64,000 nt of DNA. It comes from Podarcis cretensis (Eukaryota). A model generated the notes under the pieces. That model had not been told where the DNA came from. It saw only the letters and a list, made by a program, of their open reading frames with translations, and did not search any database. The stretch is from NCBI GenBank assembly GCA_951804945.1, contig OX638150.1, positions 107,942,001-108,006,000 of the forward strand, given 5' to 3'. The position numbers were made by a program, and so were the translations under genes. Shown one piece after another: positions 1 to 35,903 of the stretch. Within the stretch, counting starts at the first letter, position 1; each line of letters begins with the position of its first letter.

Positions 1-1274
1 ACTGTATAATGGCCAACCTACTTGCGCTCAAGCAGCAGGGCCATAAACGCGGTGGTGGAAATGCTACAATTATATGGAAGTATAGAAAAGCCACAGGACA
101 CCAGCCACAGAATTCAGCTTAAGAATTTTTTTCTTCTCTTTTTTTTTTCAAAGGAGCAACTATGGTTGAGAAGCTACACTTGAGAATAAGTGAGCAATGC
201 CTGATGGAATCTTAGGAGTCAGGGCTGCTGGTGAGCAGGATTTAAAGCGGCTTAAGAGTTGCCATCCCAGTCAGCAGAATAAATCCTCCTTGTAAACCAC
301 TTAGAGGTTATGTTACAATCAAGCGGTACATACATTTCGTTAAATAAAAAATAAACAGAAGTAGAATTCTGCAAAGAACGAGAAATCATGCAAAGGCTTC
401 CGATTTGCACCGTTTTAGAAGCTGCAGAATCTGGATTACAACAGTCTGGGTTGTCTCGGTGCAATATCGTTTTCTTATGGGTACAGAAATGCACAGCCCA
501 GACTCAAAGCCCATACAATTAGGCAGAAAGCTGAGAATAGCAGAAGATCGAGAGTCCAGAATCCCAAATTGTGGTCATCTCAACTTTCAAAAGAATAGAC
601 ATTTCCAGGGAGATTTGCTAAGGGGCAGCAGCAGACCTAAAGAGTTTAGTGGACCAATATTGAAAAATGGGAATGGGAAGCTCCAACTCCACCCCAAGCA
701 CAAATATGGGACACAATAAAAAGTAAGAAAACGGGATGCTTCAGAATGAAAGCACTGGCATGTGCTTGTCGTGAGGGAAACTGCAAAACAGAGGCTACCT
801 GCATGACTCACACCTGCACTGCACTACAAAGGTTTACAGAAGTTTTGATAGGGGGAGGCAAATGGCTGTAAGAAGAACAGGAAACACATCATGCAGATGG
901 GGAATTCTGGGGATGCAAAACAGCTAATGTTCTCCAAAGCTTAGAGTTTGCTAAGAGGTGAATGCAGGAGAGCAGCAGCCCAGAAGTTGACAGCATCTTT
1001 GGGTGCTACTGGGGTGGGGAAGCTGAGATTAAATGAATCAGAGGGCAGGGAATAGTGTTTCTGGTAACCCTTTGCACACTCTAGTATCCATCTACTGTGC
1101 ATAACAATAAAGGAGAATAGGGACTTTATAATCTGCAGGTGCCAGATTCTCGGAATACACAGGATTCTTTAAAAAACCTATCTGCTCATTTCTTAGGTCT
1201 ACCTGTGTCTTTCCAGTTTTGATGCATACATCCTAGGTCTGCAGGGAAAGCTGCCATCCTGCCCCCCAACTTAC

Positions 1275-23918
<22,644 letters not shown>

Positions 23919-23933
23919 GACGTTTGTCAGGGA

Positions 23934-24014
23934 TCACGGAGTCCAAAGGGTAGCGACTGGCGGCTCCAAGGGCGGGGAGCAGCCGCAGAGCCTCGGCCAA
24001 CACGTCACGGACAT
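23934..24014 (-). promoter_or_regulatory. uORF in SETD5 5'UTR (26 aa, MSVTCWPRLCGCSPPLEPPVATLWTP)
   Basis: ATG at 24014, TGA at 23936-23934, 15 nt before the main ATG, same exon. Confidence 0.6.
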
Positions 24015-25936
24015 GGGGAAACCTGCCAAGGGGAAAAGAAACAATGCACTGCATTTTTGTGTATCATTGCCACAGACATATGGTTCACCCTGCCTGCAAA
24101 ACCATCCTAAAGTTGAGGACAGTGCCGGCTGAAGGAAGGAATGAGAAACTTCAGAGGATGCGTGTTGTCTCTTGCCTCCGCATTACTTTTACATAATCTC
24201 CTCTCAAATATGGCCACCTGGTTCACATGCAGATATTTCCTCGTGCCATAAAAGAGAATGCCAAGCACAGGCAAGAGGCCCGCAGGCCTGTCTTGCAAAA
24301 GACGGTCACATGGGTAAAACTGCCAGTAGGGGAGGCAGAGCACAACGTGTGTGTGTGTGTGTGTTGAGATAGAATCCCAGAGCAGCCAATGAGAAAAGCA
24401 AGCAGCACGGAAGGCATTTATTCATTTCTGTAATGATTTATTTCAGAATGATCCTCATGACAACCCTAGTGCCAAAATCCAGTTCCTGAGCTTCACAGAT
24501 GTGCATGAGATGCAAAGTCATCCCCCAAATCCCTCATGCTCACTTGGGACAAGGTTTAACACAAGAGGAACAGGGGGAAAGGGGCATATCTGAAATGGTG
24601 GTGAAAGGGGGAACAGTCGAAGGCAGATGGCTGCACAATGAAGGAAGTAATGAGCCCAAAGGCCGTGCCTCTCTCTGTTTTGTACTCTGATACTAAAGTA
24701 CAACATACAGTACATGTGACTCTCTTCAGACCTGAACACAACGTGGACATTTAAACCACTGTGTTACTTGGAAATATACAGAGAAGCAGCTACCAGGAAA
24801 GGAATGGGCCCTACTCTTTCATATATTTTGCGGAGAAGAGTAACTAAACACACACAGATCCACCATTCAGATTTGGTATGCTATGTAATCCAGCATCTAC
24901 ACTCAACTGCAACTAAGTACAGAATGAGAAGCAGCCCTGATACAAAGGCCAACTTGAGGGAGGGGGGAGGACTTAAGTAAGGAAGGGAGAATGAAGTGAG
25001 AGTTGCAGTGGATGGTTCGGCCTGCTGGATGCAACCTGTCTGTGCCTGCCTCAACAGAGCTCAAGGCCTTCCAGTAAGTGAGAGGATATCTAGTTTGTGC
25101 CTTGCGGGTGTATCCGGGGCTGTGCAGAGGGGCTATATCCTTTGGGAATAGATTTGTACCTGCAGAACTGATCGCTTGTGGGAGGCGTCTACTCCCAAGC
25201 TCTTGGAGGGCAGCAGGAGCTTGTGGGTTAAAGCAGGTGGGGAAAGCTCACCAGTAGGTGCTGCTGGCTCTAAAGGGTTCAATGGTCGACTATCCACCTT
25301 GCCTTGCCACAAACTGCTTTTGTGGAACCAATGGTTCTTTGCCCATGGTAGACATATTACTAATTAACAATCTGTTCATTCCTACTACAGAGAACTTGGA
25401 ACAGCTGCTGCCCCCTGTAGCCTTTCAAGAACTTTCCTACCTCCACAAATTACCCATATGCAAGGATGAGGTCTGTGATGTGATCATGGTGGAATGTGGG
25501 AGAAGCAAATAAATGTTGCACTTTCTTTCTGACCTAGTTCCTTTGCACTTTCTTCCCATTCTTCAGGGCTAGCCATGCCATCAGGGCAGCTCTTTGCGTG
25601 GGAAACAAGCATTCAAGCTTTGTAATAATTACTAGTACAGGTTGGGCTAAATGCAGAAGGCACAGAACTTAACATGCATCGCTCCCAGGCACCATCAGGT
25701 ATCAAATCACTTCACCGATAGGCAAGCCTAGAAAAGGCTAGTAATTGTTCCCTTCTGAAAGAGGGTGTAGAAATATGGATCACATCTTGCTAGGAGGGGC
25801 TGGAAAATTTCTTCAGAATGTTTCTGCAGTTAATAGCATTATCTGCAGCCATTAAAAGGAGCTACATCACATGCACATTTCTACAGAGGAAGTATTCACC
25901 TGGCACATTAGAACCTGTGTGTGAACGCATGCCTGA

Positions 25937-25938
<2 letters not shown>

Positions 25939-25972
<34 letters not shown>
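25939..25972. repeat. (AC)n microsatellite
   Basis: Direct reading. Confidence 0.95.
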
Positions 25973-25974
<2 letters not shown>

Positions 25975-27634
25975 TAAGAGAATATGCAATTGCAGATTGT
26001 CTTTGGAGTCTTCCATTCTGTCCAGGAATGCTCACTACTGTGTGAAGCAGTGAATGTGAGCTGCACTGGTACTCAAACAAGGTTTTGCCCCACTTATTTA
26101 CAGGCAAGAGCATGGGAATCCCAGGGGTTCCTTTAAGGTTTGCCAAACAGTCCAAATATGGGTTTGCTTGAACTGAAGGGCAGTTCAGAAATGCTGCCAC
26201 ACAGAATGGCAAGCACCATTATGGTTCCTTCTGAGAACTGGCCACGCAATGAAAGAAAGGCCTGCTGTTTCTAGTCCAACAGCCCTAAGCCAGATTCGCA
26301 AGGAATTAGGAAGAACATCAAGGCTCATCCTTAATTAAGAAAAAACAACAACAGCTTAATTATGGACAGTATCTTGTAGGAGGAACTTCAGTAATGGAAA
26401 AGCACAGGATAATTTAGTTGCTTTCACCCACAAGACTATCACTACTTAATAGTGGAGCACCAACAATGTACTAGACATGGAACCCAATACCAACGCAATA
26501 TGACCCCTGAACAAAGAGCTCACAAAACTAAGTACAACAGAAATAACAAAGAAAATGGGAGCCAACAAGGCTTGATAAATGGAAGAGCAGGGACATGTTT
26601 TGGATCTTACAAGTGAGGATTATGCAGAGACTGGAAGCAGCCACTAGGCTGACTCATGCAGCCCTACAAACATTAAGGAGAAGGTCTCACCCATACAACA
26701 CAATGAGGTTCTCTAGTAACAACAACAACAACACCAGGGCAGGTGTACAACCAGGCTGTCGTTGTACAGGAACTGAAATTACTTGATGCCTTGATCTGGG
26801 GATCTGTTCAAGGGAGAGAGGGCAGTATCAATTTTTTCCTGGTAGTGTTATATGGAAATGGCCAGAATAGACTAAATATGCCATCTATAAATCAACTCCA
26901 TGACTATCAAATCTGAAACTGCCTCAACATTCAGGATGCAAGAGCAACAGAATAGTGCAATCTTTGTTTCAACCATCTCCCTTTATCCTTCACTCCCATC
27001 TGACCGATGTGGCTGAGACTTTGGAGGCAAGATGAAGAGCCGGCTGGAACGTTTTGTCTATAAAAACAATAAGACAATGAAGCTCAGTGCCCCCTCCTCT
27101 GGACTAGGCTGGGTTCAAACCAAAGGGGCTGCTCTGTGGGGGCTTAATCCTTTTCTGCTGAATCTCATGAGCTGTGTCTCTGAATTCTGAAAAAGAAGGG
27201 GGCAGGGCTCCCAGTCTAGTTTGAGCCCCAGACAGGGCAGAAGGATGCCCAGTCATTAGAATTCTCTCTGGACGACATAATGCAGCCAATACAAAGCACC
27301 AAACAATCTTAAACATTTCTAACACCCAATCATGGTGATAATGTCCACCTTTCTTCTAAAGACCAAAAAGGGCGTGCATCTTTTGAAAACCGCATTGTAA
27401 ATCAAGAGAGGGGGAGCTGGACAGGAATCAGAATTAGAACTCTCCTGAAAGGTTTCATCAGTCTATACAAGTCTCCCACACCGATCTTACTTTCTACATG
27501 GCATAGGGTAGATTCAGGTGACTTCAAGACTCATATGACAGTGAAGAAAAAGCTATACCACCAGTGAGATTGAGGAGAGAAACTCGTGAGTGATCCATGT
27601 GCAACTTTTACTGCCATCCTCAACACACAGTTCT

Positions 27635-27882
27635 TAAAGGTAAAGTAAAGGGACCCCTGACCATTAGGTCCAGTCATGGCCGACTCTGGGGTTGCAGCGC
27701 TCATCTCGCTTTATTGGCCGAGGGAGCCGGCGTACAGCTTCCAGGTCATGTGGCCAGCATGACTAAGCCGCTTCTGGTGAACCAGAGCAGTGCATGGAAA
27801 TGCCGTTTAGCTTCCCGCCGGAGTGCTACCTATTTATCTACTTGCACTTTGATGTGCTTTCAAACTGCTCGGTTGGCAGGAG
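27635..27882 (-). mobile_element. Sauria SINE, 5'-truncated
   Basis: aaaggtaaag tail then gggacccctgaccattaggtccagtc body, shared with the 63174 copy. Confidence 0.9.
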
Positions 27883-27916
27883 AGAATAAATAGCCCCTAT
27901 ACTGCGAATATGGTTC

Positions 27917-27942
27917 CAAACAAACAAACAAACAAACAAACA
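27917..27942. repeat. (CAAA)n microsatellite
   Basis: Direct reading. Confidence 0.9.
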
Positions 27943-28754
27943 CATGGATTTGCAGCTGTAATCACGTGTTTGATGGTAACTTATGAAGCTACAGACAAGT
28001 CTTTATTTATTAAGGTATTCATATTCCACCCTATGATGAAATCAAATTCAAAGCAGCCTACAAATAAAATAGTCAATTGATTAATTGCAAGCTTAAAATG
28101 TCAATCAACCAAATTTCAATGGCCAATGGCCTCTGAAGATTTGAGACAGGTTATGATACAGCATTAACTTGTATCCTAGACAGAGCCACATAACATCCAA
28201 TATCAAAACTGGTGAATATTTGGTGAATATCAAAACTTGGAGTTCTGTGTATCTATCCAAAACAATGATGTGATGTGATCAGCAATGATCTGCTGGTCAC
28301 CCTTCAATCTGGTTGTCACATTCTGAAAATTATCAAGGAAGCATAGTACTGTATTCAGGCCCTGTATACCTGGTTGGGTGTAAAAGTCAAGTGCAATAAT
28401 GCATAAAATAGGGGTAGTGACAGAGTCTGTGTTAGATGTTGAACCTGAAACATTGCTTTAAGGCCTGTAGCAGTTTGCATTATTCAGGGGTGTGGGTGTA
28501 GGTGTGGGTGGGTGTTCCTAGCATATATAATAGCAAAGGTGAAGAAGAAAAAACCTGCCTTAATTATATTTTTCCAAGTTTCTTCACATTTGGATACAGT
28601 TATAAACTACCACATATTCACAAAATACACTGTCATCTTAACAAAAAACGTTGGGAGAATTATGCTAGCAAGAAAACTGCAGTCACAGTTTTCACTGTTA
28701 ACATACTAACAGAGTGATCAAGATGGTTGACACATAACATTAAACCGAACAGGT

Positions 28755-28902
28755 TGAGTGATAGCTCAGTTTGGTAGAGCATGAGACTCTTAATCTCAGA
28801 GTTGTGGGTTTGAGTCCCAAGTTGGTTGAGAGATTTCTGCATTGCAGACAGTCGAACTAGATGACCCTTGTGGTCCCTTCCAACTCTACAAATCTATGAT
28901 TC
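28755..28902 (+). mobile_element. tRNA-Lys(CTT)-derived SINE with CR1 3' tail
   Basis: tagctcagtttggtagagcatgagactcttaatctcag head followed by gtcccttccaactctacaaatctatgattct. Confidence 0.8.
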
Positions 28903-30089
28903 TGTGAACTTGTGTTTAACATGTGCAAATTCTTTGCTCCTCTCCAGCTCCTGGATGCACTGCGTGTGGCAGAAACAAAACCATAAACAAGGCAGAGTCT
29001 GCTGGGCCATGTCATGAGGAGCAGGCCCCTGGTTTTGTTTCTCTCCAAACAAACCACAAAGAGGGGCCAAGGTTTGTTCTTGGCCAGCCTATCGTTGTTT
29101 GGAGAGAAACAAACCCCGAGCCCACAAAAGCTTGGGTTTGCACATGAGGCCCAACACTAGCTTGTTTCCTCTGACCACAAAGCACAGGAAAGAGCTGAGC
29201 GAGGAGCAAAACACCTGCATGTGTTAAAACTATGTCTTAATATTGTTTGCAAACTGGGCCACTGCCTCCTTGGCTTCTGGGTCACAGCCTCCATATTTCA
29301 AACCTTCCTTATCTGCCCAAGTCTCTAGGCCTTGTGTAACCATTTCTCCCAACACTTCTTCCTCAATTTCTTTCCCCCTCAGATCTGTGCATCCTCTGCA
29401 TATACTTTCCCTTCATATTCTTGTTTCCAAATACACTGGGTTCTTCAGCCATGCTGATAGCTCTGTAAAATCAGCAAAGTAGCAACTACACACAATTTTA
29501 GAGGATTGTCATTCTTTGTCACGCCAGCCCTGAAAATGTCATTCTGAGATGGTCCTGAAAACTGGCTGAAAGCACACAAATATGAACAGAAACTAAGAAA
29601 GAGTCAAACAGTGAAAATCAGGAAGAACTAGCATTATTGAGTCAATGATCTAGAGGGGAAACACATGTGCAGCTGATACTAAAGTAGAATTAATGAGAAT
29701 GAAAATCAGAGGAACAAGCAATTTCAGAAACACACCAAACAACAAAAATGCAAGCCAACACTTCTGGATTCATTTTCCCCAGACCACATTCAGAGGGAGG
29801 GGAAACAGCTAAGGAGGAGGCCAGCACAAGGCACATTAGATCTTAGTTTGATATCAACTATAGGAACGAAGCAGCTGGGGTGGTTTTGGAACAGCACAAA
29901 GACAGGCATTATGTCACAGAAGAGGCCCCTGCATTCACTTATAGCATATGGAATAGTGCATCTGACAAAGCAAATGAGAGGAAGGGGCCTAGTATCAAAT
30001 GCTGCTGTTGCATCCCCTGATTTTTTGGTAGCTTCCCTGAACAATTTGGTGGGATGAGTAAACTTGGACACGCACCACTGCTCACTCCT

Positions 30090-31130
30090 AACACCACATC
30101 AAAAAGTTTTTCGAAAGTCCAAGTACACATCTACTGGATTCAACTCTATCCATATTGATACTCTCAAAGAACTCCAATAGGTTAGTCAGACAGCACTTAT
30201 ATTTGCAGGAGCCATGCTGATTCTTCTTCAGCACCATTTGTTCTTCGATATGCTTGATAATGAGAGCTGAGCTCTCAACTGTGGCTCCTAGAAGCTGCCA
30301 GCATGCAACAGTGGCCACACCCCAGATAAGGCTTCGACTGGCCGACTAAACCAGATGAGGATAGCCAATGAGTCTCAAACTCTGAGTTAGGGACTGAATG
30401 CGAAGACAGGCTTTGGCAGATTGAACAGATGAGACCAACCGTGGGTCCAATGGTCAAGAAAGCGTTTTCTGCATGTGCTGTAGAGGAAAGTGAGGGACGG
30501 ATGAGGCTCGTCAACCTGGGATGGTAGCCCATCTAGGAGAAGCAAACCTCTGTCCTAAGAGAAGGAAAACTCTGGTCCTAAACCTCTGCTGCCTTGTGAG
30601 ATATATTCAGGAGAGAAAAGCTAAGGAGTAAACCCAACACAAATCCAGAGTAGTGCCCCTAAGGCCAAGTAGTGTCCCTAAGCCAAGCTGGTGCCAAATG
30701 TATTGCTCTGCTGTCCTTTAGACCACACCAGCGAGGCTGAGAGCAGGGTCGTTGTCTGGGCAGCCCAGGACCTCCAGACACACTGCCCAGGCTTGCCTCC
30801 TGGTGTGCGGCTAACACAGTGGTTTGACTTCACCCCCGGAGGTTCACTCCATTGCCTCTTGAGAAAGACAGGCACAAACAACAACAGTGCTTGATGATTT
30901 TGTGTTTAATAATGCTTTACATATTAGTTTTCCCAGAACAGCTAAGTGGTCTGTAATTTGCTGAATCTCTCCCTACTCCCTTGGTTTTTTTTTAAAAAAA
31001 ATGGTATTGCACTGGCCGCTTCACAATCCCCAGGTATGGAGACTGTTATTAGGGACAAGTTACATAATTTTATTACAAGAACAGCAATTTCACATTTGGG
31101 TGGGTGCCATCGGGATCCAGGGATGTGTTA
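30090..31130 (-). mobile_element. CR1 LINE fragment, interrupted by a younger insertion
   Basis: Similar to 59100-59350 (NLLEFFE motif on minus strand); halves rejoin across 30262-30887. Confidence 0.7.
30262..30887 (+). mobile_element. RTE-type non-autonomous retroposon nested in CR1
   Basis: TSD tgcttgataat / tgcttgatgat, (caa)n tail. Confidence 0.6.
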
Positions 31131-34100
31131 AGTTTTTGACAAGGCCTAGAATTTGTCTCCAACCACTATTTAAATTGTAAGTTTATTAAATTTATTAGAA
31201 AAGCTTTATTAAATTTTTTTGGCATCTTACAGCAATTAAAATATACAAAATATTTTTTTAAAAAACTGTAACATAAATGTGTATAATAAAATGAGACAAC
31301 ACTCTCTCCCCCCAAGAATGAAAAATAATCAGGAATGGTTAATTAACATTATGCTGATATTTAAAAATCAGCCAATCACATCCCATTAAATGTGTGGGAG
31401 TAGAGTAATAGCCTGGAACCACTGTAAAGCAGTACACCCCTCCCCAACTCAGGCAATCTCTCCATAAAGAAGCTACAGGAAATACTACTGAAAAGCACCA
31501 AGATCTCTCTTCTGGCACAGTTCCTTGCACATGTCACCCAGGAAAGTTTCTATACCTTAGATTCCTCCTAAGTAAGTTGGTACAGGCACAGGAATCTGCA
31601 CTACATCTTCTGCATTGAGGATAGATGCAAAGAATTCATTCAGCTTCTCTGCACTCACTCTTTTACTCCAATCGCTCACATTTAACTCCTTTATCACCCA
31701 AAAATCCAGTCATCTCCCCAGCTGGTTTGCTGCTTCTAATGTATTTTGAAGAGGGCTCTTTAAAAAAGTTGATCTTAAGTGTTTTTACTGATGCACTGTC
31801 TAATTCTTCTTTTGCATCCCTTATTATCAGCTTACATTTCTTTTGCTCAAATTACTGCTCATTTTTGTTCTCATTTGGGCATTCAGCTTGTTCTACACTT
31901 TTCTTATTAGACAGCCATTCCACAGAGTGTAGCCACTTTAATTTTGTTTTTATGCTAGTTGCCTCGTTGGTGGATAAGGCGGGGTTGTGCTTAATAGCTT
32001 TCTATTTGTAAATCATAGGACACAGGGTATAAGGCCTGAATAAAACAGAAGCTGGTAGATGAAGCATATGAAAAAGCAGGAGGGGGGGTGAGCCATTTCA
32101 GCACTGTAGGCTGAGCTGGAAATAGATTACAAGCTAGAGGGCTGCAGTTGATTTACATATTTTAGTTGCATGTTGCCAGGCATACTGCGTTTACTCTACA
32201 CTGGATCCTCAGCACTGTGATCGATTGTCTCAGATGTGAAAAACCTGAGTTATCCCTTAAATTATAAATTCAACATCCAGATTGATATTTGTTAGTTGGG
32301 CAATCAATTTTTTGCTGCTTTGCTTCCTGTTTCTATTATTCAAACGTTGTCACTGCACGATTTTTCAGCCACAGGACAAAAAGCTACATTTACAAAATGA
32401 AAACGAGGGTTCTCTAAATTGGGAAAGCCTTCCCCAGTCTTTCTCTGACACAAAAGGATGGTTCAGGGACCAATATGAAATACTTTCATAGTGAGTCAGA
32501 CTAATGGATCATCTAGTCTAGCAGTCAACCCCAATTAGCATCCGGCCACAATTTATCACTCCAAACTGTCTGGAAGCCTTGATATTAGAATTCTAATTCA
32601 GGATATAACAGTGAAAAAACCTGGGATGACCACAAGGAAGGTCCATGCTCTATCATAAACACCACATGAAAAGGTGGTGGCACCAGGTGTCTTCTGAGAT
32701 TCACAGTTAAAGGGGGCCAAAGCATCAAGATGAGAACTCATAAATACCTTGCTTTTCAATCCAAAGTGTGTGGGAGGTGGTGATGGGGGATATGTGAAAG
32801 CAAAATACCTTATTGGAAATAGTTAAAGCAGGCCTTTGCTTTTAAAAATATGAATCCTTACAAACCTGTCAGTAAAGTATCACTCCCTAAATTATTTTAC
32901 ATAGATGGCATTTGGGAGAAAAATAATGCCAACAGCTGAATCATAATAAAACGGTGCAGTAAACAGACTCAGCTGGACTGGAACTCAAATTCAGATCAAC
33001 CCCTTCATAATTCCCAGGACAATCACAGAGGCCACAGCAAATTACCGATTACAATGCTAGCAACTGTAATGTGCACATGATATATATCTGCCACCAAGAG
33101 AAGGCAATGCCTGACAAAATTTGCCAGGAACCAGTTGCTAGATTGGAAAGGAGAGAGCTCTGCATCTGCAAATCTGGCGACAGGCTTCTTATATTCAAGG
33201 ATGTCATGTGACAGGCCTACTCTGCCTGCTTGGCCACTCCCAGAAAAGGCAAACAAAACCACTCCAGAGTGAATTCCAGCAGGGATTTCAAAGGCAGACA
33301 TTGCATCAGCCAGGTGTACAGGAAGCAGCTGGGATTCAGAGTCCAAAGGGCAGCTGACCTACTGAGAGGCTCTCAGAGCAAGCTCTCTTTCTGGAATCCT
33401 GTGGGAAGGATGAGCAGGAAGGAGGAGAAATGCTTCAGAGACAGAACAGGCCGCATCTGCTTCACAAAGTCTTTGTACTAGTGCTCCGGACCTGGCTGCT
33501 CTCCCAGAGATGATGCAATCCCAAGGAACAAGGTCTGCGCCAGAGAGAAGTATTCACAGCCTATGCAGATGGCAAGTCAGCCAAGGGATCTCTGATGAAA
33601 ACACGCCCGAGCCAATCCAAAGGCAGCAGCCTCCCTTCCCCACAGCTACCCCACCCCACCATTTGGTAGAGGAAGGAATCCCACATTTCATGTCATTGCC
33701 CCCGTGACTGAAGACCGACGGAGGGAGGAACTAAGCATTTATGCTGCCTTATAATGTTTCCCACCTCAGTCTGTCTGAGGAGGAAGGGAAGGAACAAAAA
33801 TTCACGCAATATGGGGTGGGAAATACCCAGATCCTTTCCTAACACCCTAACTACAAGCACAGGGCTCTCTCCAATCACTTCCTTGTCAGTACAAGTCTAA
33901 ACTCCCCAAACACGTACACAGCAGCTCTGCTGTGACTGGCTGCCTTGGCCCTACTCTCAGAAATCATGCAGAGACACAGCACTGGGAACCATGGCAACAC
34001 GACACAGTGCAGCAATTATGGAGCCGTGGCAGCTACTCTATACTTAAGGTTCAGCCCCTACCTCCATTATAAACCTGATTTTATTCCCCCCTCCCCTTAA

Positions 34101-35665
34101 AAGTTACCAGCAAATGATCCTTCAGACCGATCAAACTGATCGTATATGTTTTGCAGGCTGCTGCCATGGGGGTGGGGAGAGGGCAGGGAGGGTGGAACAG
34201 TAAACTAGAAACCGCTTGGAAAATTTCAGTACAGAGAAGTGGGATCAGCTACTTAACACAAACTCCCTCTCCCTCCTGCACTCTCTCTCATCACCTTGCA
34301 GGGTCTGACATGTTGTTAGAAGCACTCATAACAAAATTTAAGCTTGGTGGTGCTGGTATGATTCAGGAGCCACAGAATCAGTCCATAGGCTGCCAAATGG
34401 ACATTTAACCCTTTTCTGGGCACTCCTAAACAGGTTTACACTCACATGATTTTGGGGGTCAACGTTCTAAGAACCATCAACACAGTAAGTACCATGTAAC
34501 AGTGAAACTGGGAGGTGAATGGGTAGCCATCTTCACTACAGACAAGTTAGGACTGCATGTTGGTGAGTTACTCTGCCGTAAAGCTATGTTAATGGCTTGT
34601 GCACATCTGTATAGGCCTTACACCCAGCTTGCTGCAGTATCTTTGGGAGAAATTAACTGTTTCTGGAGTCAAATGAGGCTCCATTTTAAAGTTGCTTAGC
34701 CCCTCCCACACACGAATGCTAAGAGGCACTGAAGTCCAAGTATTCCAAATCCTCCTTAATTGGAACCCAGGTTTCTCACACAATCTACATAGAACGTGAG
34801 TGGGCAGAAGATAGATCAGAATCTACCAGCAGATCATAGATTTAAATGACTCCCAATTTTTGTCCTTAAAGAACAAAACAACTGTTCCCACATAAATTAG
34901 GCTGCTAAAATGAAGAAAGCTAAGCGGGGCTTTTGTGTGAAAGGACTGTGAACTCAGTTCAGCTCTGGTACTGAAAATCAATTCCTAGACTCAAAATATG
35001 CTCACAGGCAGCCTGTTTTCTACTTCTAATTCTATGTCTTTTGCACCTGGCTCTGGCTGGTAGATCTTGGGGTTCTTGTAAAATAACAAGGATAAAATCC
35101 ACCCACCGCTGATCAACAAGGCCATGCATATACAGGTAAGGAACTCCAGGGAGTGGTACAAGCCATGTGTGGGAATGCAAAAGGCTGGGTCCTTAAACTG
35201 GTTTAATGTAAAGCAGTAACAAGCAGAGACCTGCCCAAAAATTATGTCTCTGGAGTCAGACATAGACCTCCACTGTAGCAGCACTATGCAGACTGCTGAA
35301 CGTTTCCAAGGCCAAAGAAGCACTGAAGTCTTTTTGGCCATTTAGTAGGCTCAAAATCATGCCAACAAAAACTTTACAAGCCAAAGCTGCAGTGAACACC
35401 AAAAGGAGAAGATGTGAAAGCCTCCTTGAAAGCGCAGTGTGTGTTCCACGAGTAACAAACACTCCTATGAGCTGCTGGCCACAAAAGCGATTCCTATGGA
35501 GCCAGGTGCCATTGACCTCTTCAGGTGTTTATTAGTGTCAGTTTTTCACAGAGCTGGAGGCTCTATGGTCAAGAAGAGTCACTGCCTACAGGCTTCACTA
35601 AAATCAGATTTGAAAAGCCAGAACTAGCTTCCCTAAGCTGAACCAGAGAAGCTGAAATAGGCATA

Positions 35666-35903
35666 CAGTGGAACCTCGGATGACGTACTGTCCTCCTTAC
35701 GAACATTTCAGGTAACGAGCTCCACTAACCCAGAAGTAGATGCTCCTGGTAGCGAACTTCGCCCCGGGATGCGGAAGTTGTGCGCCGGCGGTGCGGTGGC
35801 AGCGAGAGGCCCCATTAGTGAAAGTGCGCCTCAAGTTAAGAACCGTTTCGAGTTAAGAACGGACCTCTGGAATGAATTAAGTTCATAACCAGAGGTACCA
35901 CTG
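35666..35903. mobile_element. Tc1/mariner MITE, family A (diverged variant)
   Basis: cagtggaacctc...gaggtaccactg, TA TSD. Confidence 0.85.

Noticed and set aside
252-811. ORFs as next SETD5 exons
   Set aside because: No match to the expected downstream peptides (NISSPE.../LCHRKDLD...)
28755-28825. tRNA-Lys(CTT) gene
   Set aside because: T-loop reads gtttgag, the acceptor stem is broken and a CR1 tail follows directly, so it is a SINE head
28920-29147. Structured ncRNA hairpin (ttgtttctctccaaacaa / ttgtttggagagaaacaa)
   Set aside because: Looks like a decayed palindromic transposon relic; no RNA-family signature
29480-29565. Second non-coding 5'UTR exon
   Set aside because: Good acceptor (gtgtgctttcag) but no convincing donor; cannot be placed without RNA data
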